64,000 nt of DNA from NCBI GenBank assembly GCA_963827465.1, contig CAWHBC010000030.1:1422-65421 (forward strand), read 5' to 3'. The stretch's first letter is position 1. Each line of letters opens with the position of its first letter. Source of the DNA: an uncultured Alphaproteobacteria bacterium. GTDB taxonomy: Bacteria; Pseudomonadota; Alphaproteobacteria; Rhizobiales; Xanthobacteraceae. Positions 1 to 8,880 of the stretch are shown one piece after another. The notes under the pieces were generated by a model. It did not search any database. It had not been told where the DNA came from and saw nothing but the letters and a program-made list of their open reading frames with translations. The translations under genes were made by a program, and so were the position numbers.

Positions 1-138
1 CAGTCGCGCCCCGCTGTGGGAGATATCGGCGATCGCACAGGCGACCTGTGCATCTCGGTCCGTCAAGATCTTTGCGTTGTAGTGGAAGCTGCGCCGCGGC
101 TTTTTGCGCATTTCGGCGCGATTACGAGACTTTGCCAT
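1..138 (-). CDS. PilZ domain protein, N-terminal part only (gene runs off the left edge)
   Basis: Reverse complement of 1-138 reads MAKSRNRAEMRKKPRRSFHYNAKILTDRDAQVACAIADISHSGARL. It shows both PilZ signatures (KKPRR arginine motif and D-I-S-H-S-G). It is too short for the supplied ORF track. Confidence 0.6.
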   Translation of the reverse strand, partial: MAKSRNRAEMRKKPRRSFHYNAKILTDRDAQVACAIADISHSGARL

Positions 139-358
139 GGCGCCCATCGCAATCCCGTTCCCGCGCGTGCGGTGAAACGGCGTAGGAGAAGCAACCTAGG
201 CAATCGGCCCTAACGGCCCGTTAACCCGGACCGTCACGGTGAATTCCGGCTTTGCTGGTAAGGCCTTAGGCTCCCCTGCGACGGTATCGCATTCTCGCCA
301 TATGTGTCGTTAGTGATACGTTCTTGTGAGGGTGCGATGACATGATGTCGAGTTGCGG

Positions 359-1261
359 ATGAGTTTTGCCTGGCTGTCGTGGTCCAACCCGGTTGCGGTG
401 TGGTGGGGCTTTTTGCTGACGGTCAGCGCGATCAACATCGCCCTGCTATTCGGTTTGCGCGCCTGCTACCGCATCAACCCGTTTGGAGCGCGCGGCATTG
501 CCTTCGCGGTCGAGCCGCTCGCGCTGTTAAGCGCGGCTTACGTGCTTGGCTGCGCCTTCCGCTCGATCCTGCCGCGCGCCGATGTGCAGCGGATTTGTCT
601 GTTCAATACCTGGCTGTCGAGCGTGCTGGTCGGCCGGTCTGTCGCCACCGTGGCCGAGCTGTGCTTTGTCATTCAGTGGGCGATCGTGCTGAGTGAGCTC
701 GGCCGGATCGCGCATTCCGACACGGCGAGAAACATTGCCAAACTGGTCGTGCCGGTGATCGCGCTGGCCGAATGCTGCTCGTGGTATGCGGTGATATCGA
801 GGGATTTCTTAGGCAACGTCCTGGAGAACTCGTTGTGGACCTTAACCTTCGCATTCATCGGCATTGCGCTTGTCCGGCTTGCCTTGAGCTTTCGCGGCGT
901 CGCGCAATTGGCGCTCGCCGCCCTGGCGGCCGGAACGGCGGGCTACGTCGTCTTCATGTGCGGCGTCGACGTGCCGATGTATTTCGCCCGCTGGCAGACG
1001 CAGCTCGCCGGCGGCACGCATTATCTCGGCCTGTTCGCCGGGCTGCGCGACCTCGCCACCCATTGGGTGGTCACCCACAGCTTCGCCCGCTGGCACAATG
1101 AAATACCGTGGATGTCGCTTTACTTCAGCGTCGCGGTGTGGACGAGCCTGTTGCTTGGCGGCTTCGGGCTGATCCGCCATCTCCTGCCGCGCTATCGCGT
1201 GCGCCGGCCGCTCCTGAAAGCGACGCGCCGCCCCGTTCCGGTCGCCATCCGCTCATCCTGA
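359..1261 (+). CDS. hypothetical polytopic membrane protein
   Basis: ORF 353..1261 with an ATG at 359. Several long hydrophobic segments (WWGFLLTVSAINIALLFGL, LALLSAAYVLGCAF, VVPVIALAECCSWYAV). No family recognised. Confidence 0.55.
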   Translation: MSFAWLSWSNPVAVWWGFLLTVSAINIALLFGLRACYRINPFGARGIAFAVEPLALLSAAYVLGCAFRSILPRADVQRICLFNTWLSSVLVGRSVATVAELCFVIQWAIVLSELGRIAHSDTARNIAKLVVPVIALAECCSWYAVISRDFLGNVLENSLWTLTFAFIGIALVRLALSFRGVAQLALAALAAGTAGYVVFMCGVDVPMYFARWQTQLAGGTHYLGLFAGLRDLATHWVVTHSFARWHNEIPWMSLYFSVAVWTSLLLGGFGLIRHLLPRYRVRRPLLKATRRPVPVAIRSS

Positions 1262-1286
1262 CGCCGGCTGGCCTGCCTTTGAGGTG

Positions 1287-1310
1287 GTCTTGACCATAGT
1301 CTTGACCATT
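1287..1310. repeat. tandem direct repeat 2 x 12 bp (gtcttgaccata / gtcttgaccatt)
   Basis: Read directly from the sequence. Lies about 105 nt upstream of the parA-like start. Confidence 0.9.
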
Positions 1311-1372
1311 GGCGATAGGCAGTCCGCCGCGAATCAAATACCATTTTGACGCCGATTCGCGTGCGCCTCGCG

Positions 1373-1402
1373 TTTATTTGGACGGCCTTTATTTGGACGG
1401 CT
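1373..1402. repeat. tandem direct repeat 2 x 15 bp (tttatttggacggcc / tttatttggacggct)
   Basis: Read directly from the sequence. Ends 14 nt before the parA-like ATG at 1416 and is AT-rich relative to its surroundings. Confidence 0.9.
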
Positions 1403-1415
1403 GGAGACGACAGGC

Positions 1416-2061
1416 ATGATCATCACAGTGGCCACCATGAAAGGCGGCAGCGGCAAGAGCACGCTGGCAAGTTGCCTTGCGGTCTATTGGCACCTGCGCG
1501 GCCGGCGTCCGAGCCTCATCGACGCCGATCCGCAACGTTCGATCATGCGGCTCGCCGCGCGCGAGCGCGCACTTGGCGGCGTCAGCGTCATCGAGGACGC
1601 CAGCGACGAGGCCGCGGCCGCAGCGCGGCGGCTTGCCGCCGGCAACGGTCTCGTCATCATCGACACGCCCGGGTTTCGCTCGCGCACTACGCTCGATTGC
1701 CTGGCGATTGCCGACTTTCTGCTCATTCCGGTCAAGCCATCGCCGTTCGACGTTGACCGCATGCTCGATACGGTGAGTCTCCTCACCGGCCGTGCCGATG
1801 GACGGCAGCCGCTGTTTCGCTGCGTGCTGACGCAAACCACGCGCGAATTCGGTGGTCGCCAAACATATCCGCGCCGAATTGACCGCGGCCGGCCTGCCGG
1901 TGCTGCAGAACGAAATGGCGAACCGCGTCGCCTATCCGGAGGCCGCGCTGTGGGGCGCCACGCCGAGCCTCATCAGTTGGAAAGGACCGGCCGCCAAGGA
2001 GATCGCGGCGATCGCCGAAGAGGTCGACATGGTGCTCGGCGCACAGCAGGCCGCCGCATGA
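1416..2061 (+). pseudogene. ParA/MinD-family P-loop ATPase, reading frame broken once near 1841-1848
   Basis: The N-terminus MIITVATMKGGSGKSTLA carries the deviant Walker A, followed by IIDTPG. The frame-3 product turns into Arg-rich nonsense after ...CVLTQTTR. ORF 1852..2061 (VAKHIRAELTAAGLPVLQNEMANRVAYPEAALWG...) is the expected ParA C-terminus. Removing one base from cgcgcgaattc restores TQTTRNSVVAKHIR. Confidence 0.8.
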
Positions 2062-2663
2062 CCCGCAAACCGCTTCCGAAAGCCATCACCCAGCCGCTTG
2101 GCGCGTTGCGGCCGTTCGACCGCTCTACCGCGCCCGACGAAGAGGCGCCGCTACAGCCACTATCGCCGCGGCCAGCCGCCGTTGCGGCGGCCGAGCCGGC
2201 GCTGGCGGTATCCTCCGCACCGGCCGCCAACGATGCCGCGCCCGCGGCTGCCGGCCTGCCGCATCATCTCGCGGTGGAACGGCACAAAGCCGCGCAAAAG
2301 ATCGTCGCCCGCCATAAAAATTACGCCGCGCTCGGCGGCTTGGTGCCGCTGCCGGTCGCCAATATCGGCGCCGTCACCGCGGTCAATCTGCGCATGGTGC
2401 GGCAGCTCTCCGCACTCTATGAAGTGCCATTCGAGCGCGACCGCACTCGCGCGCTTATCGTCGCGCTGGTTGGCGGCGCGGTGCCGACCGGCGTCGGCAC
2501 CGCAGCCTCGACCACGCTGATGTGGGTGATACCGGGCGGCCTGTTGGTCGGGCTCGGCACAGCAGCGCTGACCGCCGGAGCGCTGACCCGCGGCATCGGC
2601 CACGTCTTTATCGAAAGCTTTGAAGCGGGCGCGCTGCCCGGCGGCGAGCGGCCGGCGGAATAA
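2058..2663 (+). CDS. DUF697-like membrane protein with Pro/Ala-rich N-terminal region
   Basis: The ATG at 2058 overlaps the parA stop (ATGA). The C-terminal half reads KIVARHKNYAALGGLVPLPVANIGAVTAVNLRMVRQLSALYEVPF, followed by Gly/Ala-rich hydrophobic segments. This resembles DUF697 (YcjF-like) from memory. Confidence 0.6.
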   Translation: MTRKPLPKAITQPLGALRPFDRSTAPDEEAPLQPLSPRPAAVAAAEPALAVSSAPAANDAAPAAAGLPHHLAVERHKAAQKIVARHKNYAALGGLVPLPVANIGAVTAVNLRMVRQLSALYEVPFERDRTRALIVALVGGAVPTGVGTAASTTLMWVIPGGLLVGLGTAALTAGALTRGIGHVFIESFEAGALPGGERPAE

Positions 2664-2665
2664 AA

Positions 2666-2851
2666 TCAATCCGATTTCGCCTCAGGCGCGTCCGCGGCCG
2701 TCGTGGGTATGCTGTCTTGCTTCTGCGCGCCGCTGCTCGGCGCGGCATCGTCCTCTTCGGCCACGCCGCACGCCGGAAACGGCGTGCCCGGCAGCAACAG
2801 CCGCCACAGCCCTTTGACGTCTTCACCGGGTTTGCAAGGCCGTCCCGTCAT
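2666..2851 (-). CDS. possible small hypothetical protein divergent from ohr (weak)
   Basis: Internal ATG of ORF 2666..3139 gives MTGRPCKPGEDVKGLWRLLLPGTPFPACGVAEEDD... Third-position GC is moderately high. No family, and the start is uncertain (an in-frame GTG at 2959 is also possible). Confidence 0.25.
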   Translation of the reverse strand: MTGRPCKPGEDVKGLWRLLLPGTPFPACGVAEEDDAAPSSGAQKQDSIPTTAADAPEAKSD

Positions 2852-2999
2852 CGAAACAATATGGGTGAAGCGCAGGCTTCCCGCCAGCGCGCGGCAAGCC
2901 TCCCTTGGCGCATTTGCCGCCTCACATGCGTCGAACAAAGCCCCATAATAACTGGTCACAGCAAAGCGAGCCCGGGACGACCACCCTCTGGAGGATATC

Positions 3000-3437
3000 A
3001 TGGACACGATCAAACCGCTTTTCACCGCGACCGCGACCGCCACCGGCGGGCGCAATGGCCACACCGAGGCAAGCGACGGCTCGGTGCGCGCCGACTTGTC
3101 CGTCCCCAAGGCGATGGGCGGTCCCGGCAAACCGAACACGACGACGCCGGAGCATCTGTTCGCCGCCGGCTACGCCGCCTGCTTCGGCGGCGCGCTCGAT
3201 TTTGTCGGCAAGCAGCATAAGAAGGATGCCAGCAAAGCGAGCGTCACTGCCGAAGTGAGCATCGGCCCGCGCGACGGCGGCGGCTTCGGGCTCGCCGTAA
3301 AGCTGCATGTGGCGGACCCGAGCCTCCCGCAGACTGAACTCGAATCGCTCGCCAAGGAAGCGCACGAGAAAATCTGCCCCTACTCCCATGCCACGCGCGG
3401 CAATGTCGACGTGCAGATCGATGTGAAGGGGGCGTGA
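3000..3437 (+). CDS. ohr: organic hydroperoxide resistance protein (OsmC/Ohr family)
   Basis: 145 aa. Carries TPEHLFAAGYAACF and KICPYSHATRGN, the two conserved Cys contexts typical of Ohr. Confidence 0.9.
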   Translation: MDTIKPLFTATATATGGRNGHTEASDGSVRADLSVPKAMGGPGKPNTTTPEHLFAAGYAACFGGALDFVGKQHKKDASKASVTAEVSIGPRDGGGFGLAVKLHVADPSLPQTELESLAKEAHEKICPYSHATRGNVDVQIDVKGA

Positions 3438-3470
3438 GGAGCGGGAGAATTGATATCAGAACAGCTTGTT

Positions 3471-3558
3471 TGGTGCGGACGGCCGGACTCGAACCGGCAC
3501 AGGGATTTCTCCCCGAGGGATTTTAAGTCCCTTGCGTCTACCATTTCGCCACGTCCGC
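3471..3558 (-). tRNA. tRNA-Leu (anticodon TAA)
   Basis: The reverse complement GCGGACGTGGCGAAATGGTAGACGCAAGGGACTTAAAATCCCTCGGGGAGAAATCCCTGTGCCGGTTCGAGTCCGGCCGTCCGCACCA folds as a cloverleaf. Acceptor GCGGACG/CGTCCGC, anticodon loop CTTAAAA, long variable arm, T-loop TTCGAGT, encoded CCA. Confidence 0.9.
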
Positions 3559-3660
3559 GCAGCGGATATTTGCAGCGGCTTCGCCAAGCCTGCCTTGCGT
3601 CAGGTCTTTGCGCGGACCGCAAATCCGCCGCTTAACTTTTAGAGCATGAACCGGAAAAGT

Positions 3661-3688
3661 AAAAACCGCTGCCACAACGCCGGCGGTT
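3661..3688 (-). terminator. putative intrinsic terminator after the 112-aa secreted protein gene
   Basis: On the minus strand, immediately after the stop, the sequence reads AACCGCcggcgttgtggcaGCGGTT followed by TTTTT. The stem is short (6 bp). Confidence 0.4.
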
Positions 3689-4026
3689 CATTCGCCAGGC
3701 TTCTTGGCGCCTTCCGATAATTCCTGCTTCTTGGCCCGCGACAATTCTTGCTTCTTCTTGGCCATGGCTGCGGCCGGCGCCGGGCGCACGGTGGCCCAGG
3801 GATCGTTGACGCTGGTCTGATCGGGGATTTTTTTTGTCGCCGACCGGTAGGCCTGGTCGATTGCCTTATCGTGCGCGATCTCCTCCGGCGTCTTGTGCTT
3901 ATCGTTCTCGAGCGAAAACTGGGGGATTGGCAACTGGGCGGCCGCGCTGCCGGTCAGCACGGCGCTGACAGCGGCGGCTCCGAGCATCGCGCGCAGCATG
4001 TGTCGGCTCTTATCCATCGCATTCAC
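3688..4026 (-). CDS. small secreted hypothetical protein
   Basis: A signal-peptide-like segment MLRAMLGAAAVSAVLTGSAAA precedes a charged, Lys-rich tail containing a KKQELS repeat. Confidence 0.6.
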   Translation of the reverse strand: MNAMDKSRHMLRAMLGAAAVSAVLTGSAAAQLPIPQFSLENDKHKTPEEIAHDKAIDQAYRSATKKIPDQTSVNDPWATVRPAPAAAMAKKKQELSRAKKQELSEGAKKPGE

Positions 4027-4128
4027 CGTATGTCTTCGTCCCGAAATCTTCCCACTTGGCCCGCGCCCTGCCCTTCTGCTTGACCAAACCTTCGAGCGTT
4101 GATCCCCGGAGACCTGATTTGATAGGCC

Positions 4129-4581
4129 CTAATCCTTGAAGATGTGGCCCCACAATTTGTCCCAGTCGGTGCCGGAAATGTCGGTCACGCGGCCGTCGGT
4201 CTCGAAGAATTTGTTGGGCACTTGAAACATGGCAAGCATAAGTCCGCCTTCCGGCGTCCAGGCGACATGGCGGCTGCCGGCCTCGCGCCAGACGAATTCG
4301 CCGGGGCCGACGGTAAAGCCTTTGGCCGGGCCTTCCTTGTCGACGAGCTTGCCCTCGAGCACATAGGTCTGCTCGATCTTGACGTGCTCGTGGTCGGGGA
4401 GCGTCGCGCCGGGAGCAAAGCGCATCAGCGCGGTGACAACGCCACTCTCTTTGTCGAACAACAGGCCTTTGACTTCGCAGCCGGCGAAGCGGGTCTTTTT
4501 CCATTCCATTTCGGCCGGGCGGACGATGTGGGAATGGGTGTCCGGGGTGTCGTGCTTCGATTTTGGCGTGACGGCGTCCAT
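4129..4581 (-). CDS. cupin domain protein (ChrR-like cupin)
   Basis: 150 aa. GATLPDHEHVKIEQTYVLEG...GEFVWREAGSRHVAW matches the two-motif cupin pattern. Confidence 0.75.
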   Translation of the reverse strand: MDAVTPKSKHDTPDTHSHIVRPAEMEWKKTRFAGCEVKGLLFDKESGVVTALMRFAPGATLPDHEHVKIEQTYVLEGKLVDKEGPAKGFTVGPGEFVWREAGSRHVAWTPEGGLMLAMFQVPNKFFETDGRVTDISGTDWDKLWGHIFKD

Positions 4582-4655
4582 CGGGGTCCTCCTGGCGGTC
4601 TTTGAGCCTGCGCGCTGCTTGTGACCCCCAGCATAGCCGATCGCGGCCGCAAGCT

Positions 4656-5177
4656 CTACAAGCCGGCTTCGCGGATCGGCGGCTGGAAGGCGAGCCCGGT
4701 GTCCCAGGGAAAGTAGATCCAGGTGTCCTGCGATACTTCGGTGATGAAGGTGTCGACCAGCGGCCGGCCCAGCGGCTTGGCGTAGACGGTGGCGAAATGC
4801 GCGCGCGGGATCAGCGCCCGCACCACTTTGGCGGTCTTGCCGGTGTCGACCAGGTCGTCGACGATCAGCACGCCGGCACCTTCGCCGCCGGCCGCGGCGA
4901 CAACGCTTGCGGCGACGTCCTTGAGCACCCGCAATTCACCCTGCCGGGTCCCGTTGTAGCTCGAGACGCAGACGGTCTCGATCAGCCGGATGCCGAGCTC
5001 GCGCGACACGATCGCCGCCGGCACCAGGCCGCCGCGGGTGATGCAGACGATCGCCGTGAACGGACCGGCGTCGCTCAAGCGCCATGCAAGCGCGCGGGAG
5101 TCGCGGTGGAATTGATCCCAGGAGACCGGAAAGGCTTTTGCCGGTTGCGGGGGCTGGTCGAGTTCGGTCAGCGTCAT
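4656..5177 (-). CDS. gpt: xanthine-guanine phosphoribosyltransferase
   Basis: 173 aa. Has the [18 protein letters not shown]-binding loop and the overall Gpt-like sequence ([23 protein letters not shown]). Confidence 0.9.
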   Translation of the reverse strand: MTLTELDQPPQPAKAFPVSWDQFHRDSRALAWRLSDAGPFTAIVCITRGGLVPAAIVSRELGIRLIETVCVSSYNGTRQGELRVLKDVAASVVAAAGGEGAGVLIVDDLVDTGKTAKVVRALIPRAHFATVYAKPLGRPLVDTFITEVSQDTWIYFPWDTGLAFQPPIREAGL

Positions 5178-5191
5178 CCCGTCAGATTATA

Positions 5192-6598
5192 TCAAGGAAT
5201 CTCGTAAACAACCGTCTCGTCGGCCATGCCGCGCAACGCCGCCCGCTGCTCGGCCGGGTGCAGGTCCAAATCCTCGATGATCCGCGCGGTGCGCGGATTG
5301 TCGATCACTGGCTTGGTCACGAAGATGGCGCGCGAGGACGCCAGACCCTGCACGCGGGCCGCGACGTTCACCGTCTGGCCGAAATAGTCCTGGCTGTTGT
5401 TGAGCGTGACCGCGAGGCATGGGCCTTCGTGAATGCCGATCTTGAGCAGCAGATCCTCGTGCTCGCGTTCGGCATTGATGCGGGTCATGGCGTCGCGCAT
5501 GCGCAATGCCGCGGCAAGCGCGCGGTCCGGCGTCGCAAACGTCGCCATCACCGCGTCGCCGATGGTCTTGACCACGGCGCCGGTCTCGCCGGCCACGATG
5601 TCGTAGAGCACGCGGAAATGCTGGCGCACCAGATCGAAGGCGACGAGATCGCCGACGCGCTCATACAACGCGGTCGAGCCCTTCAGGTCGGTAAACAGGA
5701 AAGTCAGGCTCGTGATCTTGAGCCGCTGATCGGGATCGAGCGTGTCGGTCTGGTAGATGTCGCGAAACGTCTGGTTGGTCAGAAGCCGCTTCGCGGTCAG
5801 GAACGGCCGGCGGCATTCGAGCAGATGATGCAGCGCATCGCCGGCGATCCACAGTGCCGGCAGCACCCGGCGCTCGGTGCGGTTCTCCAGCGACAGGCGC
5901 AGCGGACCCGGCCGCAGCTCGACGCCGCCTTCCGGCGGCCGGACCTTGTTGAACACCATCGACAGCGTTTGGCGCTCGCGCGTCGGCTCGCCCTTGACGG
6001 CGATGATCTGTCGGCCGTGCGTCACCGGGTCGAACACGATGACGTAACCTTCGGGGAGCTGCACCGACAGCACCGCCTTGTCGCCGGGCGGCAGTTCGAT
6101 CGAATCGATGGTGAATTCCTCGAGCTTCGCCGCCAAATCCTCGGGCAGATCGGCGCCGGAGCTCCAGAAAATCTGCCGGTAATATTCGACCTCGGGAAGC
6201 GAATCCGGATCGTGCCCGGCGATGCGCCGGGCGCGCGGGCTTACCGTGAACGTGACTTCCACCATTTCGTCGAGCGTCGGCTTGTAGTCGGTGGCGCACA
6301 GCGTGCAGGCATATTCTTCGCGGTTGACTGTCTTCAGCGTTGAACTGGCGTCGAGCACGCCGCCGCAGCCGGGGCAGATGACGTTCCAGGACAATTCGAA
6401 CAGGCCGAGCCGCGCCGCGTGCAGGAAAGCGGCCACTGTGCGCTCTTCGTCGAGACCATGCCGACCGGCGAAAGCGAGCACGTTGATGCGGCACAAATCG
6501 CGGTCAGGCGCCTCGTTGACCGCACGCTCGATGGCGGCCGTGCAGTCAGCGTCGGCCGACTGCCGCAAAACGCCGAAGAGGGCTTCAGTTTCGCTCAC
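5192..6598 (-). CDS. class III adenylate/guanylate cyclase with Cys-rich N-terminal sensor domain
   Basis: 468 aa. The C-terminal catalytic core reads FLFTDLKGSTALYE...KTIGDAVMATF...GIHEGPC...DYFGQTVNVAARV. The N-terminus contains CPGCGG...CTLC (DUF5939-like, from memory). Confidence 0.85.
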   Translation of the reverse strand: MSETEALFGVLRQSADADCTAAIERAVNEAPDRDLCRINVLAFAGRHGLDEERTVAAFLHAARLGLFELSWNVICPGCGGVLDASSTLKTVNREEYACTLCATDYKPTLDEMVEVTFTVSPRARRIAGHDPDSLPEVEYYRQIFWSSGADLPEDLAAKLEEFTIDSIELPPGDKAVLSVQLPEGYVIVFDPVTHGRQIIAVKGEPTRERQTLSMVFNKVRPPEGGVELRPGPLRLSLENRTERRVLPALWIAGDALHHLLECRRPFLTAKRLLTNQTFRDIYQTDTLDPDQRLKITSLTFLFTDLKGSTALYERVGDLVAFDLVRQHFRVLYDIVAGETGAVVKTIGDAVMATFATPDRALAAALRMRDAMTRINAEREHEDLLLKIGIHEGPCLAVTLNNSQDYFGQTVNVAARVQGLASSRAIFVTKPVIDNPRTARIIEDLDLHPAEQRAALRGMADETVVYEIP

Positions 6599-6674
6599 CG
6601 CAGAAAACCCCGCTCATGCAACCGTGCTTCGGGAAGGTAGGGAGCAGCGCGCAGTCAAACAAGGCGAGCGCCGC

Positions 6675-7508
6675 TCACAGCGAATTGATCCACGCCACCA
6701 CTTGCGCGCGGGCGGCCAATGGCGTCGTCAGGTGGCCGGCGAAGACTTCAATATATTTGCTCTTCGGATTCTTGGCGGCGGCGTCAAAGGCGTAACTTGG
6801 ACCGCGCCGGTCGATCGGGTCGAGCTTGCCGACCACCCAGAGCAGCGGCACGGGATGCGGCGAAGCGCCGATGGCGGCCGCGTTTTTAGGAATGACGGCC
6901 GGGCCGTCTGGATCGAACCAGCTCAGATAGACGGTAGGCGTGGCATGCGCGATCAGCGGAATGCCTTGCGCCATGTCGGGAAAGGTCTGCACGACGTCGC
7001 CCTTGCCCTCGGCAACCAGTTTTTTGGCTCGCGCAACCGCGCCGGCGACGAAGCTGCGCATGTCGCCGACTTCGGGCAAGTGACCGGGCGACAGCGCGAC
7101 CACCCCGGCAAACTCGGCGAGATTCGGGCGCCGCGCGGCATAGCCGATCGCCGCATTGGCGCCGAGCGAATGGCCGATGATGACGATTCGCCGCGCGCCC
7201 TTTTCTTTCAGCCCGGCAACAGCAGTATCGATCTCCGCCATCGCCTGATCGTAGGTGGCGGCATAACGGCGGTGGAACGACCACGGCATTTCCGGCGTCG
7301 CGGTGAGCGCGCCTTCGTCGCGCAGCGCGCTCAAAATGCCGCCATTGAACGCTCCCGGCCACGCGCCCTTGCCATGCAGGTAGACGACACCGAAATCCCG
7401 CAATCGACCGTCCGCCGCGACGGCACCGACCGACGGCAGCAAACAGGCCACGCACAGCACGAAAAACACGTGTGCAAGAGCCGATGCGGTGCCGTGTCGC
7501 CTGGTCAT
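6675..7508 (-). CDS. secreted alpha/beta hydrolase
   Basis: Signal peptide (ALAHVFFVLCVACLLPSVGAVAA) and nucleophile elbow IIGHSLGAN. Confidence 0.75.
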   Translation of the reverse strand: MTRRHGTASALAHVFFVLCVACLLPSVGAVAADGRLRDFGVVYLHGKGAWPGAFNGGILSALRDEGALTATPEMPWSFHRRYAATYDQAMAEIDTAVAGLKEKGARRIVIIGHSLGANAAIGYAARRPNLAEFAGVVALSPGHLPEVGDMRSFVAGAVARAKKLVAEGKGDVVQTFPDMAQGIPLIAHATPTVYLSWFDPDGPAVIPKNAAAIGASPHPVPLLWVVGKLDPIDRRGPSYAFDAAAKNPKSKYIEVFAGHLTTPLAARAQVVAWINSL

Positions 7509-7562
7509 GCCGTCAACAGTTGCAGTGAGGACCGAATCACGGCGGCGATTGCGCGCCGCACC

Positions 7563-8351
7563 TCAGGCTTTGGCAAGCTCGGCCTTGACCCGCACCAGCA
7601 TCGCCTCGACGGCGGCTTTGACGGCAGCGAGTTTTTGCGTATCGCGCGAACGCATCACGACATTGGTATTGGCCTTGCCGTTGTCATCCTGAAACGGGTA
7701 GGAGCCGATGATCACGTCGGGATTGGCCTTGGCGATCACGCCGAGCTCGGTGCCGATATCGCCCTCCCGGCAATCGGCGCGCACCGTTTCCGAGAGCATG
7801 CGAATGCCGGTCTTCAGCGAAGGCGTGACATAGTCCAGCATCGCCTGCATCACGCTCGGGATGCCCGCCATGACGATGACATTGCCGATGCGGAAGCCCG
7901 GCGCGCCCGAGACTTTGTTGAGCACCAATTCGCCGCCGACCGGAACGCGGGTCATGCGCATGCGGGCCTCGTTCATCGTGCCGCCGGTCGCGGCGGCGCG
8001 CGCCCGCATGATCTCGACCGCGCGGGGATGATATTCGAGCGCGACGCCGAACGCCTTGGCGACGCAGTCGGCCGTAATGTCGTCGTGGGTCGGGCCGATG
8101 CCACCGGTGGTAAAGACATAGGTGTAACGGGAGCGTAGTGCATTGAGAGCCGAGACGATCTCCGGCTCTTCGTCGGGAACGACGCGCACTTCCTTGAGAT
8201 CGATCCCGATATTGGTGAGGTATTCGGCGATATAGCCGATATTCTTGTCCTTGGTCCGGCCCGATAGGATCTCGTCGCCGATCACGAGGACCGCGGCGGT
8301 CACAATCCCGGCGCCGGTCTTGCCCGCCCCATCGGCCACGCTGTCGGACAT
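7563..8351 (-). CDS. CinA-like molybdopterin-binding (MoCF_BD) domain protein
   Basis: Internal ATG of ORF 7563..8609 gives MSDSVADG... Carries VLVIGDEILSGRTKDKN and FTTGGIGPTHDDIT. The upstream extension of the ORF is Arg-rich nonsense. Confidence 0.85.
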   Translation of the reverse strand: MSDSVADGAGKTGAGIVTAAVLVIGDEILSGRTKDKNIGYIAEYLTNIGIDLKEVRVVPDEEPEIVSALNALRSRYTYVFTTGGIGPTHDDITADCVAKAFGVALEYHPRAVEIMRARAAATGGTMNEARMRMTRVPVGGELVLNKVSGAPGFRIGNVIVMAGIPSVMQAMLDYVTPSLKTGIRMLSETVRADCREGDIGTELGVIAKANPDVIIGSYPFQDDNGKANTNVVMRSRDTQKLAAVKAAVEAMLVRVKAELAKA

Positions 8352-8440
8352 TCTCGCTCGCTCCCCGTGTTGCGCCTGTTCCACCGCTCTAGCCCGCCCG
8401 AAGGGGCGGCTCAAGCCACCGCGAGACGGACGGTGGGAGG

Positions 8441-8674
8441 TCAGGATCGCGTCGGGACGACGGTGGAGGCGAGAATATCGTTGCGCTTTTGCAAATATTC
8501 GTCGCGATCGATATCGCCGCGGGCATAGCGTTTGGCGAGCATTTCGAGCCCAGTCGGATCGCGGATGGCTTGCTGCATCGCGGCGAGATTGCGCATGCGC
8601 TTTCGCCACTTATGCTGCACGTACCAGGCGGTGCAGGCGACCACAATTCCAACGATCAGGATCGGCTCAAGCAT
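8441..8674 (-). CDS. SHOCT-domain small membrane protein
   Basis: MLEPILIVGIVVACTAWYV transmembrane segment, then LEMLAKRYARGDIDRDEYLQKRNDIL (SHOCT-like). Confidence 0.6.
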   Translation of the reverse strand: MLEPILIVGIVVACTAWYVQHKWRKRMRNLAAMQQAIRDPTGLEMLAKRYARGDIDRDEYLQKRNDILASTVVPTRS

Positions 8675-8880
8675 GGCTGCAGGCTCCCCGCCGCGATAAC
8701 ACGGCATACAAATTCAGGTTCCATGGACGGCGCGATGATGGTCAAAACGCCCAAAACGTGGGCAATGATATCACGCCCGACGGAAACCAGGCCACCGCCT
8801 CGCGCGTTCGAATTGGCGCGAAGCTTGCTACAAATAGCGGTGCCGCAAACCTTTACGGTGGAAGCCGGGCCGGGGGCAAT

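Noticed and set aside
2703-3220. Plus-strand ORFs (81 and 167 aa) upstream of and overlapping ohr
   Set aside because: Their translations are Ser/Pro/Ala/Arg-rich without features, and one overlaps the well-supported ohr frame. They are treated as GC artefacts. A weak minus-strand candidate is listed instead, with low confidence.
3471-4130. Genomic island integrated at tRNA-Leu
   Set aside because: There is no integrase, no direct repeat of the tRNA 3' end and no compositional shift. The neighbouring genes look native.
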